35,483 nucleotides of DNA from an uncultured Actinomycetes bacterium. GTDB taxonomy: Bacteria; Actinomycetota; CALGFH01. Where the stretch lies: assembly GCA_937881255.1 (NCBI GenBank), contig CALGFH010000011.1:1-35483 (forward strand). Reading direction: 5' to 3'. The position numbers and the translations under genes were made by a program. How positions within the stretch are numbered: position 1 is the stretch's first letter; each line of letters begins with the position of its first letter. The notes beneath the pieces are model-generated. The model had not been told where the DNA came from. It did no database searches and worked only from the letters and a program-made list of their open reading frames with translations. Of this stretch, positions 16,407 through 25,245 are shown in pieces.

Positions 16407-19400
16407 CCGTCTGCCCGGTCTGCGGGGAGCCGAACCCGGCCAGGGCCAGCTTCTGCCTGAACTGCGGGTCGCAGCTGCCGGCCGCCGGGGCGGCCAGCCG
16501 CCCGGCCCGCAAGACGGTCACGGTGGTGTTCACCGACCTGGCCGGGTCGGCCCTGACCGGCCAGCGGCTCGACCCCGAGTCGCTGGCCGTGGTCATGGCC
16601 CGCTGGTTCGACCACATGCGGAGCCTGTTCGAGCGCCACGGCGGCCGGGTCCAGAAGTTCGTCGGCGACGCCGTGGTGGCCGTGTTCGGCATCCCGGTGG
16701 TCAACGAGGACGACGCCCTGCGGGCGGTCCGGGCCGCGGCCGGGCTGGACGGCGACCTCGACCGGCTCAACGCCGAGCTGGAACGCGACTGGGGAGTGAC
16801 CCTGCAGGTGCGCACCGGGGTCAACACCGGCGAGGTGGTCACCGGCGACCCGGCCATCGGCGACGCCCTCGTCCTGGGCGACGCCGTCAACGTGGCCGCC
16901 CGCCTGGAGCAGGTCGCCGCCCCCGGCGAGGTCCTGCTCGGCCAGTCGACCTACCGCCTGGTCAGGGACGCGGTCTCCGCCGAGCGGGTCACGCCGCTGC
17001 ACCTCAAGGGCAAGGGCGCCCCGGTGGTCGCCTACCGGCTGGGCCAGGTCGACCCGGGCGCCCCCGGGCACGCCCGCCGCCAGGACGCCCCGATCGTGGG
17101 CCGCGAGCCCGAGCTGGGCCTGTTCACCTGGGTGTACGAGCGGGTCGTGAGCACCGCCAGCAGCCACCTGCTGACCGTGCTCGGCCCGGCCGGGGTCGGC
17201 AAGACCCGGCTGGTCACCGAGGCCGTGGCCGGGCTGCCGGGGGCGACCGTGCTGCGGGGCCGCTGCCTGTCCTACGGCGAGGGCATCACCTACTGGCCGG
17301 TGGCCGAGATCGTCCGCCAGGCCGCCGGCATCGCCGACACCGACCCGCCGGCCGGGGCAACGGCCAAGCTGCGCCAGCTCCTGGACAGCGGTGACGACCG
17401 CGAGCGCGTCGCCACCCGGGTCGCCCAGCTGATCGGGCTGGACCCGGCCCCGGCCCCGGCCGAGGAGGCGGCCTGGGCGTTCCGGCGGCTGCTGGAGCTG
17501 CTGGCCGCCCGGGGGCCGCTGGTGGTGGTGCTGGACGACCTCCACTGGGCCGAGCCCGGCCTGCTCGACCTGGTCGAGCACGTGGCCGACTACGGCCGCG
17601 GCGCCCCCATCCTGCTGGTGGCCATGGCCCGGCCCGAGTTCCTGGAGGACCGGCCCGGCTGGGCCGGGGGCAAGCTGAACGCCACCACCATGCTGCTGGA
17701 GCCGCTCGGCGACGCCGAGGCGACCCAGCTGCTGACCACCCTGGCCGGCCCGACCGTCCTTCCCGAGGCGGCCGCCCGGCGGATCTCCCGGGCGGCCGAC
17801 GGCAACCCCCTGTTCCTGGAGGAGCTGCTGGCCGCCCTGGTCGAGGAGGGCCGGCTGCGCCGCCAGGACGGCCGCTGGGTCGCCGACGACCCGGGCGACC
17901 TGCGCCTCCCGCCCAGCATCCAGGCGCTGCTGACCGCCCGGCTGGACCGGCTGGAGGACGCCGAGCGGGCGGTGCTGGAACGGGCCGCCGTGGCCGGCCA
18001 GGTGTTCGACCAGGGCGCCGTGGTCGAGCTGTCACCGCCGTCGGTCCGCGGCCAGGTCCCGGCCCGGCTCCAGGCCCTGGTCCGCCGGGAGCTGCTCCGC
18101 CCGGCGCGGGCCCGCCTGGCCGGCGACCAGGCGTTCCAGTTCCGCCACCTGCTGCTCCGGGACGCCACCTACGACTCGATCCCCAAGCAGGCCCGGGCCG
18201 ACCTGCACGAGCTGTTCGCCGTCTGGGGGGAGCGGACCGCCGGGGCCCGGCTGCGCGAGATCGAGGAGATCGTCGGCTACCACCTGGAGCAGGCCTGGCG
18301 CTACCGGGTCGAGCTGGGCATCGTCGACGAGCGCAACCAGCGCCTGGCCTCGGCGGCGGCCCGGCACCTGGGCGCGGCCGGCCGCCGGGCCCTGGGCCGG
18401 GGCGACCTGCCGGCCGCGTCCAAGCTGCTGGAACGGGCCGTCGGGCTGCTCCCGGCCGGCGACCCGGGCGGCCTGGAGCTGCTGGTCGAGCTGGCCGACG
18501 TGCTCGTCTCCACCGGCGAGTTCGCCCGCGCCGAGGCCGTCCTCGGCCAGGTCCTGGCGGCCGCGGCCGCCCGGGGCGACGAGCGGCTGGCCGCCCACGC
18601 CCGGGTCGGCCAGCTGCGCATGGAGGTCGGGGTGGCCACCGACCTGGACGCCGGGGCCATCCAGCGGGAGACCCGCCAGGCCATCGCCACCTTCGCCGAG
18701 TTCGAGGACCAGCGCGGCCTGGCCAAGGCCTGGGGGCTGCTGGCCGCCCTCGGGTTCCTGCGCTGCCGCATCGCCGAGGCCGAGGCGGCCGCCGGCCAGG
18801 CCGTGACCCACGCCCGCCTGGCCCGCGACGACCCCTCGGAATCCTGGGCCAGGGGGCTGCTCGCCCAGGGCGCCTTCTGGGGCCCGGCCCCGGCCCGAGA
18901 GGGCATCCGCCGCTGCCAGGAGCTGCTCGGCCAGGCCGACGGCAACCGCCGCTCGGAGCTGATCGCCCTCCAGTCGCTGGCCGGCCTCCAGGCCATGGAC
19001 GCCCAGCCCGAGGCGGCCACGGCCACCGTGGGACGGGCCCTGGCCCTGGCCGCCGACATGGGCGAGAACCGGGTGGCCGCCCTGGCCCGGGAGTTCGCCG
19101 CCATCGCCCTCGACCTGGCCGGCGACCCGGCCGCGGCCGAGCAGCAGCTCCGCCAGGGCATCCGGGTGCTGGAGCGCCAGGGCGAGTCGGGCATGCGCTC
19201 CAACCTCATCGCCGACCTGTCCCACGTCCTCCACCGGCTCGGCCGGCCCGAGGAGGCCCTCCAGGTCGCCCTGGCCAGCCGGGCCATCGCCGCCGACGAC
19301 GACCTGTTCGCCCAGGTCCGCTGGCGCGGCGCCGCCGCCCGCTCCCTGGCCGGCCAGGGCGAGCTGGCCGAGGCCGGGCGGCTGGCCGCCGAGGCGGTCG

Positions 19401-19597
19401 AGATCGCCGAGCCGACCGACGTCCTCAGCATGCGGGCCGACGCCCTCCTCGACCAGGCCGCCGTGGCCAGCGCCGCCGGCCACCCCGACGACGCCCGCCA
19501 GGCCGCCCAGGCCGCCCTCGCCCTCTACCAGGCCAAGGGCAACCGCCCCGGCGCCACCCGGGCCGAAGCCGCCACCCACGGGGGCCCGACCTCGTAA
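16403..19597 (+). CDS. Zn-ribbon / class III nucleotidyl cyclase / STAND-type AAA ATPase / TPR-like repeat protein (1064 aa)
   Basis: The start overlaps the upstream stop as GTGA. The Zn-ribbon is CPVCGEPNPARASFCLNCG. Cyclase motifs are VVFTDLAGS, QKFVGDAVVAVFG and GDAVNVAARLE. Walker A is GPAGVGKTRL and Walker B is LVVVLDDLHWAE. About 550 aa of Ala/Leu-rich helical repeats follow. Confidence 0.85.
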   Translation: MTVCPVCGEPNPARASFCLNCGSQLPAAGAASRPARKTVTVVFTDLAGSALTGQRLDPESLAVVMARWFDHMRSLFERHGGRVQKFVGDAVVAVFGIPVVNEDDALRAVRAAAGLDGDLDRLNAELERDWGVTLQVRTGVNTGEVVTGDPAIGDALVLGDAVNVAARLEQVAAPGEVLLGQSTYRLVRDAVSAERVTPLHLKGKGAPVVAYRLGQVDPGAPGHARRQDAPIVGREPELGLFTWVYERVVSTASSHLLTVLGPAGVGKTRLVTEAVAGLPGATVLRGRCLSYGEGITYWPVAEIVRQAAGIADTDPPAGATAKLRQLLDSGDDRERVATRVAQLIGLDPAPAPAEEAAWAFRRLLELLAARGPLVVVLDDLHWAEPGLLDLVEHVADYGRGAPILLVAMARPEFLEDRPGWAGGKLNATTMLLEPLGDAEATQLLTTLAGPTVLPEAAARRISRAADGNPLFLEELLAALVEEGRLRRQDGRWVADDPGDLRLPPSIQALLTARLDRLEDAERAVLERAAVAGQVFDQGAVVELSPPSVRGQVPARLQALVRRELLRPARARLAGDQAFQFRHLLLRDATYDSIPKQARADLHELFAVWGERTAGARLREIEEIVGYHLEQAWRYRVELGIVDERNQRLASAAARHLGAAGRRALGRGDLPAASKLLERAVGLLPAGDPGGLELLVELADVLVSTGEFARAEAVLGQVLAAAAARGDERLAAHARVGQLRMEVGVATDLDAGAIQRETRQAIATFAEFEDQRGLAKAWGLLAALGFLRCRIAEAEAAAGQAVTHARLARDDPSESWARGLLAQGAFWGPAPAREGIRRCQELLGQADGNRRSELIALQSLAGLQAMDAQPEAATATVGRALALAADMGENRVAALAREFAAIALDLAGDPAAAEQQLRQGIRVLERQGESGMRSNLIADLSHVLHRLGRPEEALQVALASRAIAADDDLFAQVRWRGAAARSLAGQGELAEAGRLAAEAVEIAEPTDVLSMRADALLDQAAVASAAGHPDDARQAAQAALALYQAKGNRPGATRAEAATHGGPTS

Positions 19598-19607
19598 GGC
19601 GGTCCCG

Positions 19608-21116
19608 TCACCGCGGCCCTTCCAGGAAGGCCAGCAGGGTGCGGACCCCCCAGCCGCTGGCCCCCTTGGGCTGGTAGTAGCGGGCCTCCTTGGCCGTGGC
19701 CGGGCCGGCGATGTCGAGGTGGGCCCAGGGGACGCCGGCGACGAACTCGCGCAGGAACAGGGCCGCCTGGACGCTGTCGCCCGGCTCGTTGGTCGCGTTG
19801 ACCAGATCGGCCACCTCCGAGTCCAGGAAGCGGCGGTAGTCCTCGATCAGGGGCAGCTCGCAGGCCAGCTCCCCGGCCCGGCCGGCCGCGTCCAGGACCT
19901 CGGCGGTGAGGGCCGGGGTGTTGCCGAACACCCCCACACAGCCCAGGCCGAGCCCGTACACCACCGACCCGGTCAGGGTGGCCAGGTCCAGGATCGCGTC
20001 CGGCCTGGCCTCGGCGGCCAGGGCGAGCCCGTCGGCCAGGATCAGGCGGCCCTCGGCGTCGGTGTTGGTCACCTCGACGGTGAGGCCGTTGCGGGCCGTG
20101 ACCACGTCCCCGGGCCGCATCGCCGAGGCCCCGGGCATGTTCTCGACCAGGGGCAGGATGGCGGTCACGGCCGTCGGCAGCCCGAGCTCGGCGGCGGCGG
20201 TGATCGCGGCCAGGATGGCGGCCGCCCCGGCCATGTCGTCCTTCATGCCGTCCATGCCGGCCCCGCGCTTGAGGTCGATCCCGCCGGTGTCGAAGGTGAC
20301 CCCCTTGCCGACCAGGGCCACATGGCGGGCGGCCCCCAGGCTCCCGCTCCGCGAGCCGGAGCCTGGGCGGTAGCGCAGCTCGACCAGCCGGGGGCCGGTG
20401 GCCGACCCGCCGCCCACGGCCACCACCGCCCCGAACCGGCCCCGGCGCAGGGCCGACCCGGCCAGCACCCGGTGCTCCAGACCGGCCGCCCTGGCCAGCC
20501 GGACCGCCTCGGCGGCCAGGGTGGCCGGGTTGATCCGGCTGGCCGGCTCGTTGACCAGGTCGCGGGCGGCCAGGGTGGCCCGGGCGGCGACCTCGGCCCG
20601 GCGCAGCACCGGCCCGGCCGCGTCCAATGACCCCTCCCCGTCGACCAGCAGGGTGACCGCGGCCAGGTCGGGGTCGGGGGCCGACTTGTGGCGCTGGAAC
20701 CGGTAGGCGGCCAGCAGGGTCCCCTCGGCCACGGCGGCCAGCGCCGCCCCGTCGGGCCCGCCGGCGCGGTGCAGGGCCACGGCCAGGGTGGCCGCCTTGC
20801 CGGCGGCGGCCACGGCCACGGCGGCGGCCCGGCGCAGGGTCTCGGGGCTGCGCTGGCCGTCGGGGCCGACCCCGACCAGCAGCACCGCCGGGGCGGCCAC
20901 GGCCCCGTAGCCGGGCAGCAGCAGCACGTCGTCCAGCTGCCCGGTGAACCGCCCGGCCCCACCGGCGACCGCGGCCAGGTCGGCCCCGAGCCGCCCCAGC
21001 ACGGCCGCCGTCACCGGCGGGGCCACCGGGCCCCCCTCGCCCGCCGCCACCGGCAGCACCAGCAGGTCGGCGTCGGCCCGCTCGGGAGGGACCGGGGACA
21101 GGGCCAGGCGCGGCAT
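19608..21116 (-). CDS. pepA: Leucyl aminopeptidase (M17 family)
   Basis: ATG at 21116 (MPRLALSP...). The M17 signature is VTNTDAEGRLILAD, with GKGVTFDTGG and MKDDMAGAA. The upstream 128 codons of the track ORF are Ser/Arg/Ala-rich. Confidence 0.85.
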   Translation of the reverse strand: MPRLALSPVPPERADADLLVLPVAAGEGGPVAPPVTAAVLGRLGADLAAVAGGAGRFTGQLDDVLLLPGYGAVAAPAVLLVGVGPDGQRSPETLRRAAAVAVAAAGKAATLAVALHRAGGPDGAALAAVAEGTLLAAYRFQRHKSAPDPDLAAVTLLVDGEGSLDAAGPVLRRAEVAARATLAARDLVNEPASRINPATLAAEAVRLARAAGLEHRVLAGSALRRGRFGAVVAVGGGSATGPRLVELRYRPGSGSRSGSLGAARHVALVGKGVTFDTGGIDLKRGAGMDGMKDDMAGAAAILAAITAAAELGLPTAVTAILPLVENMPGASAMRPGDVVTARNGLTVEVTNTDAEGRLILADGLALAAEARPDAILDLATLTGSVVYGLGLGCVGVFGNTPALTAEVLDAAGRAGELACELPLIEDYRRFLDSEVADLVNATNEPGDSVQAALFLREFVAGVPWAHLDIAGPATAKEARYYQPKGASGWGVRTLLAFLEGPR

Positions 21117-21183
21117 CGCGTGCTCCGTGTGGGTATCGTCGGACCGGGAAGCTCGGGGCGTCATCCTAGGGGAGGTCGAGCGC

Positions 21184-21627
21184 ATGTGGCGGCGGGGGCG
21201 GCCCGACCCGGCCGTGGAGGCGGCCTGGGCCGGGTTCCTGGGCTTCGCCAAGGCGCTCGACGAGGGGAGCCGGGCCCTGCTGGCCAGCGTCCCCTCGGCC
21301 CGGCGCCCCGGGGCGCCGCTGGAGGCCAGCGTGGCCGGGTTCCTGGCCGGCCTGGAGGCGGCCAGGGCCGAGCTGCCCAGCTGGGACCACCCGGCCCTGG
21401 CCGGCGCCCAGGCGGCCACCGCGGCCGCCCTCGACGCCGCCGAGGCGCGTGCCCGCGAGCTCCCCGCGGCCAGCGCCGGCCTGGAGTTCGAGCACCGCAA
21501 CGAGCGCGTGGCCGAGGTGCTGGACGAGCTGCTGCCGGTGCAGGCGGCCGAGCAGGAGCTGCGGGCGCTGCGCCGCCGCGGCTATCCGGCCAGCGCCGGC
21601 GGCCGGCAGACCCGGCAGGGCCGGTAG
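21184..21627 (+). CDS. Hypothetical Ala-rich helical protein (147 aa)
   Basis: ATG 21184 is preceded by GGGGAGG. Codons are G/C-ending. No motif recognised. The 3' end overlaps the convergent ogt-like gene by 46 nt. Confidence 0.4.
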   Translation: MWRRGRPDPAVEAAWAGFLGFAKALDEGSRALLASVPSARRPGAPLEASVAGFLAGLEAARAELPSWDHPALAGAQAATAAALDAAEARARELPAASAGLEFEHRNERVAEVLDELLPVQAAEQELRALRRRGYPASAGGRQTRQGR

Positions 21628-22397
21628 CCGGCGGCCGCCGCCTCGGCCGCCCCGGTGAACCGCAGCAGGTGGCGGTCGGTGGTGCGGCGGGCATGGGCGC
21701 AGGTCGGGTAGCAGTAGATGTGGGTGGTGTCGCTGCCGAAGAAACGGGTGCCGCGGCGGCCCAGGCGCTCCAGCTCGTCGGGGTCGGCGCCCTCGGCGGC
21801 GAGCAGGGCCCGCTTGTAGGGGACGCCCCAGGCGTACCCGGTGAGGCGGCCGTCGCTGCCGACCACCCGGTGGCAGGGGATCAGCACCGGGATCGGGTTG
21901 CGGCCAAGGGCCGCCCCGACCGCCCGGACGGCCGCCGGCTGGCCGAGCTCCCCGGCCACCCAGGCGTACGGGCGCACCTGGCCGCGGGGGATCTCCTGGG
22001 CCTTGGCGAGCACGGCCCGCTCGAACTCGGTGGTGCCGCGCAGGTCGTAGCCGGGCGGGGTGCCCCGGCGGCCGGGGGCCAGCAGCCGCTCGACCTGGGC
22101 GACCAGCCGGGCCGGGGGCCGGTCGGCCGGCCGCAGGGGCCGCCGGAAGCGGGCCTGGAACCGCTCGGCGAACCCGCCGGCGTCGGCGCCGGGGGCGGTG
22201 GCCGAGATGCCCCGGCCGTTGTAGGCGACCAGCAGCGGCCCGGCCGGCCCGTCGACGGTGACGAACGCGTCGGCCAGGCCGACCCGCTCCAGCACCGCCG
22301 GGGCCAGGGTGGCCGGCGGCTCGGCCCGCAGCCCGTGCAGGCCGTCGGCCAGCTCCCGCCAGCCGCCCGCTCCGTTGTCCGCGTGGTGTCGGTTCAT
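21582..22397 (-). CDS. ogt: Methylated-DNA-protein-cysteine methyltransferase (MGMT/Ogt) fused to a C-terminal Ada-type zinc-binding domain
   Basis: The MGMT active site is IPCHRVVGSDG, with the preceding FERAVLAKAQEIPRGQV helix-turn-helix. The C-terminus TTHIYCYPTCAHARR...GYRPCRVCRP matches the Ada N-terminal Cys4 metal-binding pattern. The start overlaps the sigma gene stop as ATGA. Confidence 0.75.
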   Translation of the reverse strand: MNRHHADNGAGGWRELADGLHGLRAEPPATLAPAVLERVGLADAFVTVDGPAGPLLVAYNGRGISATAPGADAGGFAERFQARFRRPLRPADRPPARLVAQVERLLAPGRRGTPPGYDLRGTTEFERAVLAKAQEIPRGQVRPYAWVAGELGQPAAVRAVGAALGRNPIPVLIPCHRVVGSDGRLTGYAWGVPYKRALLAAEGADPDELERLGRRGTRFFGSDTTHIYCYPTCAHARRTTDRHLLRFTGAAEAAAAGYRPCRVCRPPALAG

Positions 22398-22987
22398 CCT
22401 CGTGTCCGCTCCTCTCGAGCCTCCAGCGTCGCCCGCAGCTGCCGGACCCCGCGGTGCACATGGGTCTTGACCGTGCCCACCGGCCGGCCGAGGACCTCGG
22501 CCACCTCCGCATAGGCCAGGCCCTCGACGTGGCGCAGCACCACCGCCTCCCGCCAGCCCCGGGGCAGGCCGGCCAGCAGCTCGGCCAGCTGCTCCCGCTC
22601 CTGGCGGCGCTCGGCCAGCTGGTCGGGCTGGGCGGCGGCCGGGGCGGCCACCGACATCGGCTGGCCGTCGCCGTCCTCCAGCGGCCGGGCCGGCGGCGGG
22701 CGCCGCCGCCGCCGGTTGCGGGCCAGGTTGAGGGCGATCTGGGCCAGCCAGGGGCGCAGCCGCATGGCCGCCACCCGCTCGGCCTCGTAGCCGGCCAGGG
22801 CGTGGTAGGCCCGCACGAAGGTGTCCTGGGCGACCTCCTCGGCGTCGGCCGGGTCGGCCACCACCCGCAGGGCCAGGCCGTAGACGAGCCGCTGGTGGGC
22901 GAGCACCAGCTCCTCGAACGACCCGTCCAGGTCGCGGGCCAGGCGGGCCGGCAGCTCCGGTTGTGGTTCCATCACCGGCTTCAACAC
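22394..22987 (-). CDS. ECF-type sigma-70 family RNA polymerase sigma factor
   Basis: Region 2 reads FEELVLAHQRLVYGLALRVV...AEEVAQDTFVRAY. Region 4 reads REAVVLRHVEGLAYAEVAEVLGRPVGTVKTHVHRG. The start is GTG 22987 or ATG 22972. Confidence 0.85.
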   Translation of the reverse strand: MLKPVMEPQPELPARLARDLDGSFEELVLAHQRLVYGLALRVVADPADAEEVAQDTFVRAYHALAGYEAERVAAMRLRPWLAQIALNLARNRRRRRPPPARPLEDGDGQPMSVAAPAAAQPDQLAERRQEREQLAELLAGLPRGWREAVVLRHVEGLAYAEVAEVLGRPVGTVKTHVHRGVRQLRATLEAREERTRG

Positions 22988-23006
22988 GCGCCCGCGCCGC
23001 CCGGTT

Positions 23007-23993
23007 TCACCCCGCGGCGCGGCGCCGGGCGATCCCGGACAGGGCCTCCAGCACCACCCGGTTGGCCAGGAACGCGGTCACCTGGCCGGGCCCGTCGTAG
23101 GCGGGGGAGAGCTCGACCACGTCCATGCCGACCAGCGGCAGCTCGAGGGCGCAGCGGCGGACGGCGTCCAGCAGCTCCCGGGCGGTGAGCCCGCCCGGCT
23201 CCGGGGTGCCGGTCCCAGGGGCCATGCCCGGGTCGACCACGTCGACGTCGACCGACAGGAACACCCCGTCGCAGTCGTCGGTGGCGATCGCGAACGCCTC
23301 CGACAGGCAGGCGTCGAGGCCGCGGCGGACGATCTCGGTCATCTCGAAGCTGCGCATGCCCCGCTCGGCCATCCAGGCCAGCACGTCCGGGGGCGGCCAG
23401 TAGCCGCGCAGCCCCAGCTGGAGGAACCGGTCGCCCCGGGCCGCGCCCGACTCGATCAGCCGCCGCATCGGGGTGCCGTGGCCGAGCAGGGAGCCGAAGT
23501 GGGTGTCGGCGGTGTCGGCGTGGGCGTCGAAGTGGACCACCGAGACCCGCCCCAGGCCGTGCTGGCGGGCCACCCCGGTCACGTCGGGCAGGGCGATGGT
23601 GTGGTCGCCGCCCAGGACCACCGGGACCGCCCCGGCCGCGGCCACCGTGTGCACGGCCCGCTCCAGCCGCTCCAGGGCCGGCTCGATCTCGCCGGCCAGC
23701 ATCAGCACGTCGCCGGCGTCGACCACCTTGAGGTCCCGGAGGGCGTCGACCCCAAGGGCCAGCGAGGGCCGGGAGCCGTCGTGGCCCAGGTAGTCGGTGC
23801 CGCGGATGGCCGAGGGGCCGAACCGGGTCCCGGGCCGGTGGCTGGTGCCGCCGTCGAAGGGGGCGCCGACGATGACCACGTCGGCCCCCTCCAGCGACGC
23901 CGGGTCCTCCAGGTCGGCCCGCGGCACCCCCAGGAAGGTGAACTCGGGCCCGTACATGGTGAAGCCGGCCCGCTCCGGGTCAGGCGGTGACAT
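23007..23993 (-). CDS. Ureohydrolase family enzyme (agmatinase/guanidino-acid hydrolase-like)
   Basis: Mn-binding motifs GGDHTIALP, VHFDAHADT and SVDVDVVDPG. The substrate cannot be assigned by eye. Confidence 0.8.
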   Translation of the reverse strand: MSPPDPERAGFTMYGPEFTFLGVPRADLEDPASLEGADVVIVGAPFDGGTSHRPGTRFGPSAIRGTDYLGHDGSRPSLALGVDALRDLKVVDAGDVLMLAGEIEPALERLERAVHTVAAAGAVPVVLGGDHTIALPDVTGVARQHGLGRVSVVHFDAHADTADTHFGSLLGHGTPMRRLIESGAARGDRFLQLGLRGYWPPPDVLAWMAERGMRSFEMTEIVRRGLDACLSEAFAIATDDCDGVFLSVDVDVVDPGMAPGTGTPEPGGLTARELLDAVRRCALELPLVGMDVVELSPAYDGPGQVTAFLANRVVLEALSGIARRRAAG

Positions 23994-25245
23994 GCAGCGC
24001 CTCCAGGCCGCGGAGGACGTAGGTCGGCTTCCAGGCCGGCTCGGCCGCCGGGGCCATCGCGGGCAGGCGGGCCAGCAGGGTCCCGAACGACAGCTCCAGC
24101 TCCAGCCGGCCCAGGGGCGCCCCCAGGCAGTAGTGGACGCCGGCCCCGAAGCTGAGCTGCTGGGCGGCCTCGGGGCGGGCCAGGTCGAGCCGGTCCGGGT
24201 CGGGGAAGGTCGCCGGGTCGCGGTTGGCCGAGCCGAACAGCAGCCCCAGCTCGGCCCCCTTGGGCACGGCGACCCCGGCGATCTCCACGTCCTCCAGGAC
24301 CCAGCGCTCGAACATCTGCAGGGGGGTGTCGTAGCGCAGCAGCTCGTCGATCGCCCGGGGCAGCAGGCCGGGCTCCCGGCGGAGCCGGTCCAGCTGGCCG
24401 GGGTGGCGGAACAGCTGCCACCAGCCGATGCCGGTGAAGTTGACGGTGGCCTCGTGGCCGGCGTTGAGCAGCAGCACCACGGTGCCGATGAGCTCGTCCT
24501 CGGTGAGCTGGTCGCCGCCGTCGACCACCTGGGTGAGGGCGGTGATCAGGTCGTCGGCCGGGCGGGCCCGCCGTTCCCGCGACAGCCCGCGCAGGTAGGC
24601 GGAGAACTCGGTGGCCGCCCGGGAGGCGACCCGGCCGGCGTCCGGGGCCGGGTCGACCTCGTACATGCCGCAGATCTGGGCCGACCAGGGCCGCAGCAGC
24701 GGCCGGTCGGCCTCGGGGATCCCGAGCAGGTCGCTGATCACGGCCACCGACAGCGGCTCGGCCAGCCCGGCCACCAGGTCGCCTCCGCCGGCCTCGGCCA
24801 GGGCGTCGACCAGCCCGTCGACCCGGCCCTGGACCCGGTCGCGGAGCCGCTCGACCATCCGCGGGGTGAACGCCTTGGCCACCAGCCGGCGCAGCCGGGT
24901 GTGGTCGGGCGGCTCGCGGTCGAGCATGCCGTTGCGGATCAGGTGCCAGAACGGGCCCAGCTCCTCCGGCTCCTCGGGCCGGCCCATCTCGGCGTGGCTG
25001 GCCACGTGCAGGTAGGTGCGGCCGAAGCGGCGGTCGCGGAGCAGCGCGTTGACGTCGGCGTGGTGGGGGACCAGCCAGTGGTCGCTGCCCGGGTCGTACA
25101 GGACCCGGCCGGCCGCCCGCAGCCGCGCGTACGCCGGGTAGGGGTCGGCCACGAAGGCCGGGTCGGCCGGCGTGAAGACGGCCGTGGCGGTCAGCTGGCG
25201 CGGCCCCCTGCCAGTTGAGGCTTCGGGTGCGCCCGCCGTGCTCAT
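23980..25245 (-). CDS. Cytochrome P450
   Basis: ATG at 25245 (MSTAGAP...). I-helix LLLNAGHEAT, ExxR motif ELLRYD, and heme loop FGAGVHYCLGAPLG. The 3' end overlaps the ureohydrolase start by 14 nt. Confidence 0.85.
   Translation of the reverse strand: MSTAGAPEASTGRGPRQLTATAVFTPADPAFVADPYPAYARLRAAGRVLYDPGSDHWLVPHHADVNALLRDRRFGRTYLHVASHAEMGRPEEPEELGPFWHLIRNGMLDREPPDHTRLRRLVAKAFTPRMVERLRDRVQGRVDGLVDALAEAGGGDLVAGLAEPLSVAVISDLLGIPEADRPLLRPWSAQICGMYEVDPAPDAGRVASRAATEFSAYLRGLSRERRARPADDLITALTQVVDGGDQLTEDELIGTVVLLLNAGHEATVNFTGIGWWQLFRHPGQLDRLRREPGLLPRAIDELLRYDTPLQMFERWVLEDVEIAGVAVPKGAELGLLFGSANRDPATFPDPDRLDLARPEAAQQLSFGAGVHYCLGAPLGRLELELSFGTLLARLPAMAPAAEPAWKPTYVLRGLEALHVTA

Noticed and set aside
15399-19597. 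Calling the CNB + cyclase pair a bona fide Pycsar or Avs defence system
   Set aside because: The cyclase is fused to a STAND/TPR module, unlike described Pycsar cyclases. The CNB protein has no recognisable TM or TIR effector. The flanking genes are housekeeping. It is kept as a hypothesis only.
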